Shown: piece after piece, positions 55,349 to 64,000 of the stretch
How the letters are laid out: each line of letters starts with the position of its first letter
How positions within the stretch are numbered: the stretch's first letter is position 1
NCBI GenBank assembly: GCA_964016885.1
Contig: OZ024740.1
Location: 331,018,001 to 331,082,000, forward strand
Origin: Eledone cirrhosa
Lineage: Eukaryota
Direction of reading: 5' to 3'
Length of the DNA: 64,000 nucleotides
Notes under the pieces: model-generated
Databases searched by the model: none
What the model was told of the DNA's origin: nothing
The model's input: only the letters and a program-made list of their open reading frames with translations
Program-made: the position numbers and the translations under genes

Positions 55349-55444
55349 TCGCACCAACCTGAGGTATATGATTTTTAATGCGATGAAATACCAATGACGG
55401 TTGGCAAAACACTGATGAGGGACTAATTTTATAATATGTAACCC
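55349..55444 (+). ncRNA. Non-circularly permuted hammerhead-like ribozyme, second tandem copy
   Basis: Same layout; CTGATGA 55412-55418; one stem I mismatch (aaaaca). Confidence 0.7.
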
Positions 55445-55508
55445 GTGTGCAACCACGCAGTATCCTTCTTCCTATATTGTTCATATATATCTGTATATAT
55501 ATAAATAA

Positions 55509-55579
<71 letters not shown>

Positions 55580-55582
<3 letters not shown>

Positions 55583-58500
55583 TGAAGTTTCCGTTGAAAA
55601 TCGATTGAAAAAGTCATAGGAGTGAAGAGTGCTCTATGTAAGTACCAGAGCAAAATTTAATGTATAATAAACAATACAATATAATTACCTCAATACCAGA
55701 GGTTTCCCGAATAAGACGAATACGAAAAACGTCCTCATTCGTTCGTCGGACAAGGCAATTTAAAACATAGTGAAATATTTGGAAAGTCTCCTCAAGAAAT
55801 GCAGAAACTCTATAAATAAAAGTAATGAAAGAGATATATAAAAAATATAAGGAAATATAGTTAGGGTATGTGTATATGCATGTATATATACTCACGAATG
55901 TACATATGTGTGTATGTACAAATGCATGTGTATGGTGAAAATGTGTCCGTAAGTACATATATGAAGGTAAGTATATTTGTGAATATGTGACCACAAATAC
56001 GTATATAATATGAGTTGAAAAAGAAAATGTATGATAATATAGTTGACACGCATCCACATACAGGTATTAAATACACATACGAGTATGAAAGCACGCGTAT
56101 AAACACACATACACGCGCGGTCACTTATATGCGGTAGATAAATAGTGAAGGGAGTGTAATAGTAAAAAAAAGTGTCAATCTCGATATATGTATACACATG
56201 AAACAATATATGAGAATGAAAAATGTTTAAATCAAAGAGAAAGTAATCAATTAACACTAGAGAAAAGAAAACAAACATAGGTACGCACGTACATACACAT
56301 ATATATATAAAAAATATTTATACACACAAATACGTACAGACAAAAGCGCATGCATGCGTACATACATACACACGAGGAACGTATATATATATATATATCG
56401 CCCCATGTATGTCTAATCACACGTACGTACGCGACTATATATATACATACACACCCAAACATACATATACATATATACACATATACATACACATACACAT
56501 GCATTCACCCGCATACACACACACGTACACATAAGAATGTAAAAAACATAGATATAAAAACACACATACAAACACATATATATATGTACGCACGCACACA
56601 CGAAGGCGTTCGTATATATATACAGAACGTATACACACATAAGCACACTCAGACACATAGATACAGATTATAAATTAGCCATATGAATAAATGAGTACAA
56701 ATATAAAATGGGCTGCGAAACAACAGAATATATCTGGAGTGGAAAACGCAAGTGACAATAATATCAGGTAGTGAAAGAAAATGGGGAAGTAAAATGTGGA
56801 ATGTGAAGATATTAGGTAAGTGAATCGAAAAGTAGGGGGGGGGGGGGTTACTGGTGGATGTTAAGTAAAAATAAAAATAAAGTTTAAAATGAAAGTAAAT
56901 CAGGAAGAGAAATCTGTAAAGAGGATAATTTAAGGAAAGTGAAGAATAAGAGTTTATGGAGGATAAGTATCTGAAAGTGAGTTAAGTTTATATGAGCTGG
57001 AAAGCAAGTGTGATTTCATGTGTGGGCAACTGGTGAAAATTTCTGTTTTTGTGTTTAGGCAGGTTTTTGGTGACTTAAGGTTCTGTAAAATCCAATATTT
57101 TTCACTTATGCAGAGTGTGCATCTTCTTGTTCCTCTTGCATATTCTTTAGATTGGTTCAAAATTGACCAATCCAATTTATATTGGATACCTTGGTCTTTC
57201 AAATCCCATATTCTGCTAGCCAGAGCTGTTGTGAATCTTTTTTCTGGATGTCGGAAATATGCGACATGTGAGTAATAACGCGTTTTGAATTTGTCTTGTC
57301 ATACCCACATATCGTTCGCTGGTGGCTGGTTGGTTGTTGCTGATGGTTGTCACTTTAGTCGCATATACAATGGCTTTGGTGTTGCATTTACCTTGTAATG
57401 GGCATTCACTTTTGACTGTACATGAGCAATTTTGATGTTCTCTGGGTGATTTCTTATTGATGATATAAGATTTAATAGGGGGAGCGCAGGAGTAGCTAAT
57501 TTAGAGTATCTATGGGTTCTAGGGAAATGCTTATCTAAGAGCTCTAGGAATTTTTTGCCTACATTAGTTTTAACTGCTAGAGCGTAGGGGGGGGGGACCA
57601 GATTATTTTTTCTTTTCCTATTATTATGTTTAAAAGAGTTAGTATTGTTGGGTATGTACTTAATCGGTTCGCTAAATCCGCTATTTTGAAGTGCTTTATT
57701 ATAGTAGGGGAGGCCTTATTGAAAATAGCATCTGAGGAAGTGAGGGTGGAGATCCTACGGCTAATATTAGGGATAAGGTTTTTAAAAACTATAGGAGGAT
57801 GGCAAGAGCCTTTATTTATATATTTTAAACTTTCATTAGGTTTATGGTATGGTTTATAAGAAGCAGTAGGTAAATCTAGGTTTATATCTACAAAATTAAG
57901 ATTGGAAAGGTTAGTGTCAATAGTAATTTTAAGATTAAAACTAGCGAAGGTTTTTATTAAGTCTTTCCTTATTCTATCTAAGTTATGGCCTATGGTATTA
58001 TGGGAAAGTATTAGACCATCGTCGCGATAAACCCCCAAAATATGGTTAGGGAATTTTTCTTTAAGTCTGTGTAGGAGGAATAGGCCGACTAAATCACAAA
58101 CTTCTGCACTTTCAAACGAGCCCATTGAGACATCGAATGGGTTCTCTGGGTTAGATATGTTTACCCAAGTGTCATTATCAGTAAAGAGTTGAATATTTCT
58201 AGCATGCAACATGACATTCTCTTCAATATCAGAAATATTGGTAAACTTTCTAGCGAAATTTAAGGCTTTCGCTAAAAGAGTCTGAGTGATAGACGGGTAG
58301 AAATCTACAATGTCAAATTGGGTGAATCTAGAACTATTTTTATCTTTAATATTATTACACCAATGTACTACGGAAGAGCTATTTATCCATTGGAGTAATT
58401 CAGACTTACTTCTTTTTGCTGGCAAGACCGATATCAGTCTTAGCAGGGTTGATTAATCTACAACTGGGACGATTAATAAAGTCAGGTTTGTGATCCATAA

Positions 58501-59055
58501 GGGTGATATATGCATTACGTTTAGCAAGTTTTTCTGTCCTATTATCTATTTTTAAAGAACTAGCTAATTGTTTAACTTCCTTATTTATCTTATTATACAT
58601 GTTTATATTAGCTATTTGGTATTTAGAGGTGATGTTATCTATTAAGAGTTGGTCATGTAAATTATTATTAACTTCGTATAAGTTTTTAGTTTTGTCGGAG
58701 AAAATGAATTTATTTTTAGAAGATTTGAATATTGAAATATCATTAGATAGTTTAGATTGAAAATGGTTAGATTACTTACGAAAATTGATATGTTGATTAG
58801 ATTAACTAAGTCTAGTTCAAAAGCGATCATATCGTTTACTCTTTGCGGGTATTTATGAGTTTTGATATCAAAAAGTTCCGTAGAGTCCGTGTTAAAGTTT
58901 CCATCGAGAATCAAAGCTTTCCATCTCATTCTTATACCAACTTTCTCTACTTTGTCTATCAGCATTTTCGTGTAGGAAGTGTTAGAAGGTGTTGGGATAT
59001 TCTTGATAGAGTAATCCAAAGGATATTTATCCATGTTCAGTATTGGTTTAAAATC

Positions 59056-59058
<3 letters not shown>
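55580..59058 (-). mobile_element. Penelope-like element (Naiad-like) with near-complete coding region
   Basis: Coding remnants 56954-59034; C-tract near 56835; TG/TA-rich 3' region; (TA)n at both ends. Confidence 0.88.
56954..59034 (-). pseudogene. PLE RT + GIY-YIG, multiply frameshifted
   Basis: MDKYPLDYSIKNIPTP, RMRWKA, CRLINPAKTDIG, QFDIVDFYPSI, VSMGS, VYRDDG, CSCTVKSECPL, CTLCISEK..LNTKTEIFTSCPH. Confidence 0.93.
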
Positions 59059-59109
<51 letters not shown>

Positions 59110-59142
59110 GATTTTAAACCAATACTGAACATGGATAAATAT
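59023..59142. repeat. Perfect 36-bp inverted repeat around (TA)n at the PLE start codon
   Basis: atatttatccatgttcagtattggtttaaaatcctg-(TA)n-caggattttaaaccaatactgaacatggataaatat. Confidence 0.95.
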
Positions 59143-61702
59143 ATATATATATACAGTATACATAGTACAGCCAACTGCAAATAATCTCTCTGAAAAGCAA
59201 AATATTAATGCCATAATATATTTAAACTGGTTCATATTATAAGTTATCATATTTTAATATTCGTGTTTGAGATTGTCAATTACCTCCACACAATAGCATC
59301 AAATTTAATCAGAAATTCACATCCGATGACAACGTATATTTGATAAATCAATAAATACCTTCTCTACATCTCAACCTCCTTTTTACTACGTTCAGATGCT
59401 AAACATTGTATCAGGGAACGTATGTGTATAGTTCATAAATTATGATGAATGATATTCTTAACACTGGACACAATTTCAAACTCAGTTAATAAAGATTTAC
59501 CAGAAAATAGATAATATAGACACCTGAAGAAATCACAATTTTATGTGGTAACTTATATCTTATATTGTAAGACCCTGCATATATTTTAGTTTTAACTATT
59601 AGTTGAAAGCATCTAGTAAAGAAAAAAATGGGAAACTAAATTATTTTACAGTCAATATTTGGAAATAAATTGAGTACACAAACAACAGGAAAGTTTAATC
59701 ATTAATAAGTATTCATTGAATCGGTATTTTATATTTTCCGAAATCTTTCTCAATTTCATTCTATATCTTTTTGTTATTATGAATATATAAAAGGTTAAAA
59801 TCATGTATCATTTTAGCACACTAATCAATAATGATAATTCCAAAATAAATATTTAAAAGAGATACCCAGCCGCGATAGTTTATGGAGAAATTCAGACTAT
59901 AAATTAAAATTTATTAATATTGAGCTGCTGTATGTAAAATATAAATAGAAGTATCATATCTAAGCGGAATTTTGTATATTTTGAATTCATATTGTCGTAG
60001 GTATTCGTTAGCTTCAGAATAAATATTTACAGATCTATCGATGGCTTTTACTTTAAATATGGTTTTATTTAATTATTTATTTACTTATTTATTTACTTAT
60101 CGTTTGCAATGCATAGCTTCAGCGAGTGTATGAAGTTCTGTTGGTTAATGTGACTGAAATATTTTCTGATTAAATTTTCTGAGTCTGTTACATTAAAGCT
60201 GATATCGAAGGTAGCATCTCAACAAAAGCATTTCTACTTCTTCCCATATTTAAATTATAATGCACATCCTTTTCCTCGAATGCAGAATAGGTATACTTCT
60301 GCATGGTATTTGAATGTCGTATTTATATGAATATACTTTGATAAGTGCTGAAGCGATTAATTTATGTAATGCTTCTATTGTGAAATATAAGGATGCACTA
60401 ACACATGTGAAAATAGACTTTGAGTCCACCGTCTAAATTATATATGCTGATGTACTACATGGATCATAAGAATAGCTGATTTTGACAGAACGACAATACT
60501 TGTATCTTCCTTTTCCATATTTGACCCCCCCCCCCCCACACACACACACCTAGGTATTTTCTCGGCTTTCTCCTCGGTTCTGTATCTCGTAATTTCCAAC
60601 AACCGGGTATTCCACGATGCGGTGAAGTTTTACCTATTATGAAGCCTATTTAGCTATACATTCCCCTCCTTGGCCCCATCATTAGGAAACAAGCCCATAA
60701 CATACAACTGCAGCAATATATCCCTTACCATTCTCTTCGCGTGTATTAATTCTGAGCAACAAATTATTGATCTATGTCTCCAGTTCCACTTATACAATGT
60801 GAACGTATGGATGTCTTTATATTATTAGTCATTCTTAATTGAGGATGCGTTACTAAAACAGAAGTCTTATAAGGCCTCTCTTCATATTTAGTTTGTGATT
60901 ATCTTTCTTTACAACCACTCCTTTCTAAAGCTGATGAGAAATTGCATCTCAGAGTGATTTGTATTCATACACTCTGACGCATATATTTGCACCACTCAAG
61001 CAGCCGGGGGCTTGTGAATATTTCCACTCTCGCCTGTGCAGTAACTTATGGTACCATAGCTGAATTGTTGAGTTTCCATCATTCATCCAATTCTACAATA
61101 CCAGAGATAAAGAGCATTGTTGAGAAATAACTCTTACTATATCTAGCCAGTAGCCAGTATATTCTCAATCTTATATTATATATTATGTATATAAATACTA
61201 CCATGGGTGACAGGAACATATGTTTATATATTTCACTATTACATATTGTTTTATGGTCATATTTGTAAGAGACTATAGCTAAAACTAGGAATTTAGCCTT
61301 GGGAAGCTTTGTATCACATGAGAATTTTATTCATATGTTATGGAATGTGAATAGTAATAATTTACGCAGTTCCTCTAAAGTACGCAATTACAAATCGTCA
61401 TCACAATATATAGTAAATATATGAAAATGAGTAATGTATTCTTTATTACGTCAAGAAAACAGATCACACACATGTGTACTGTCGCGTGACCCAATCGAGA
61501 ATTCAGATGGAATCCCTGCTTCAGATTTCTCTACCCCAAAATACCCTCTATTGCAAACCAGGTATTTGGGTGAACTGATAATAATAATTAATAAATCTAC
61601 GGTTTTACTCTAAAACGGTAATATAGAATGTCCTAGAAATTGAGGTTTTAACGTCCACTCTGTAAATCAGGCTGAGACTGATGAGGCATTATTCGATTAC
61701 AG

Positions 61703-61885
61703 GCTGTGAATTGGCAGTATCGGTAACAGGTCATGCGCCATGCTTTCCAGGATAGTTACGTGCCTTTACGATCTGAATTCAAATCCCGGCGAGGTCAACT
61801 TTGCTTTTCATTCATACGGGGTCGATAAAATAAAGTACCAGTAATACACTAGCTAATTGTTGCCCTTGTACGAAATGTAGACACA
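61703..61885 (+). mobile_element. tRNA-derived SINE, copy 4, with 15-bp TSD
   Basis: TSD attattcgattacag at 61688-61702 and 61886-61900. Confidence 0.92.
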
Positions 61886-62349
61886 ATTATTCGATTACAG
61901 TAGCTTAATAATTGTCCTATGTTGTACTACGTGCATGTAACAGCACGCAACTCCAGATGCGAGTGTAAGAGCTCCGTCATTATACATGACGTGTCTTGGA
62001 CGAATTACTCTTTGTGGAGCTCATATCCTACGCAGCTCTGAACACATTCGATGACTTCGAGGAAAAGGAGAGAAAGAGATTAGAGATATAAAGTGAGAAA
62101 TAGATATAGAAAAGCAATCCACATCAGTACTGGAGGCGTATATTTATATCGAACTTAAAGAGTTGAATATCAAAGTTGGTTCATCGAGATTTGAACTCAG
62201 GGATAGAAAACTACAAAGTAATCTAACTAGAACACTACCGTTTCTGGCATTTGACTGCCCCGCTCCCACGCCTCCCTTTTTCTCTCTCTCTCTATATATA
62301 CACACACACACACACATATATATATATACACACCCACACACACACACAC

Positions 62350-63330
62350 AGAGGAGCCAGAACCAAATGGGAAAACAATGGTAAATAATGATACAAATGG
62401 GACCTGCCCCTTGTATAGGAGCAAATTTTGGAATAGAATAGAAAGAACTAGGAATAAGGTTAATAGAATAAACTCATGGTATGATAGCAATAAATACCAG
62501 AGTGTAATGTTCATCGATACAAACCCAAGAGGTGAATTAGCTTACAAATTTAGAAGGGCCCTAGATAAACTTAAACTTAATATTAAGATAGTAGAAAGAC
62601 CAGGTACCTCCATAAAAACACTTATTAGTAATACATACCCTTTTCAATGACCTCCCTGTGTAGATAAGAAATGCATAATCTGTAAACTAAGCCCCCATAT
62701 TAACTGTAAAACTAGAAACATAGTATATAGCATAAGATGTACTGAAGGACAATGTACAGAAAAGAATATAATGTACATAGGTGAGACAGCCCGTAGTATA
62801 GGATAACGGTTAAATGAACACGGCAATGGCGTCAAGATAGAAAAGAATCATGAATACTCCACCAACATGCTAAAATAGAACATAAGGGCAAATTAGAGAA
62901 CATAGAAATAAAAATAGAATCTACACACAGAAAAGACGCAATGTTAAGACAAATCACAGAGGCAATAAACATAAATTAACTCCAACCAAAATTAAATAGA
63001 AAACATGAATAGAATAGCAACATCACAACTTACAATTAAGGACAAAATTAAAACACACACACATAGAACAACCAGTAACATGTAAATAAACAAATAAACA
63101 AATAAACACGCACACAGACACCCGGATGTAACACATGCGCAAACTAAGCACACAACACACACAAAAACAAGATGGCGTAGCACAGAACAAAGGAGAGGCA
63201 CAAAACAAAAAAAAGAATCCCCAGTCACTGAAGAGGTGACTGAAAGTGTGACGAAAGAATTTGACAATATATGAACAACCGTCCGGAATTTATTTTTTTT
63301 AAAATGTTTATTTTTTAAAGATTTTTTAAT
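62350..63330 (+). mobile_element. 3' fragment of a PLE from a different (Neptune-like) clade
   Basis: KIVERPGTSIK, PCVDKKCIIC, CKTRNIVYSIRC..C..YIGETARS..RLNEH, RQITEA; decayed gtca-CTGAAGA..GAAA..tgac at ~63224-63265. Confidence 0.82.
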
Positions 63331-63359
63331 TTATAATAAATTGGAGTGAAATCTGGGGT

Positions 63360-63608
63360 GCGAGTGTTTCTTATTGGCAACATGACCCTCCCAAAGTAAC
63401 ACACTATATATATATATATATATATAAGTAGAACTGATAATTCATGAGTACTACTCAACACAGGTATATATGTATATGTAAATATATATATATATATATT
63501 TCGTTATTCAATTTCTCTTACAAGATTTCTTATCTAAAAGAGTGTGTTGAAACATATACATATAAAGATATGCTTTGGGAGTGTCATGGTGCCAATAAAA
63601 GCACACGT
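63360..63608. repeat. Short inverted repeat pair around TA-rich sequence
   Basis: ttattggcaacatgaccctcccaaag mirrored by ctttgggagtgtcatggtgccaataa. Confidence 0.7.
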
Positions 63609-64000
63609 CCCTGTTGATTGTCACTTGAATTTATTATAAAGTTTCGTTTGGTCGGTAGTTTTGATAACCAAATGTTTTTTCTTTATTGTCAATGCTCTTT
63701 GGTCACACACTCATTGAACTCCCCACTACTGGGATTTCACTTTGTGTCTATCCTTTGTTCTGAAACCGGTACAATTAAATGTAGATATCCCTACTTTGTA
63801 AATATATGTTTTGATGTTATACTGTAAAAATCCCTCTAGCATGTTCTACTGCTTCTTTTTTCCGTTTTACTATTTGGCAACATGTAAAACAATATAAGAA
63901 TTATACATACAAAAGACGGACACACAATTACAGAGTCATCGGTCGTTGAGATGGTTTTTCGCCGTTTCGACCACTACCAATGGTACTGCTGGACCAATAT

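Larger units (their letters stand above)
54600..55490 (+). repeat. ~527-bp tandem repeat (1.7 units) between (TA)n tracts; diverged homolog of 28097-29020
   Basis: ctcccgttcgttaggagtgggattc at ~54602 and ~55128; pyrimidine block cactcaccc..ctctcacttcctcccgt shared with ~28494-28538. Confidence 0.92.

Noticed and set aside
55690-55800. Possible HHR at the 3' end of the 57-kb PLE (minus-strand TTGAGGA ... GAAA-cc-tct-gg-TA)
   Set aside because: Could not build consistent stems I and II by eye
58642-59250. 202-aa ORF as an extended PLE N-terminus
   Set aside because: Reads through the palindrome and (TA)n; the plausible start is ATG 59032-59034 and the frame shifts downstream
62644-62810. TGA at 62648-62650 as selenocysteine in the plus-strand PLE
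   Set aside because: Not at a Cys position, and the copy also has TAA stops and frameshifts, so ordinary decay

Overview
AT-rich, microsatellite-dense eukaryotic DNA, probably intergenic or intronic. It looks animal and possibly cephalopod, but that is only an inference from composition and the SINE. I found no supportable host gene, and most ORF-track entries are microsatellite translations. The window is dominated by decayed Penelope-like retroelements (PLEs): four Naiad-like RT+GIY-YIG copies on the minus strand and one fragment of a different clade on the plus strand. It also holds a composite Helitron, two RTE-type LINE remnants, a Tc1/mariner fragment and four copies of a tRNA-derived SINE. 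Reading by eye finds about 20 hammerhead ribozyme (HHR) motifs. Most are short type I HHRs with the palindromic stem III typical of PLEs. Main signal 1: a ~530-bp tandem repeat family at two loci (28.1-29.0 kb, 54.6-55.5 kb) carries the three HHR core strands in the order NUH / GAAA / CUGANGA. No circular permutation (types I-III) gives this order, and compensatory stem changes between the loci support the fold. Main signal 2: about a dozen fold-back palindromes sit at (TA)n tracts, and many turn around inside or next to an HHR. All structures were derived manually and are untested.
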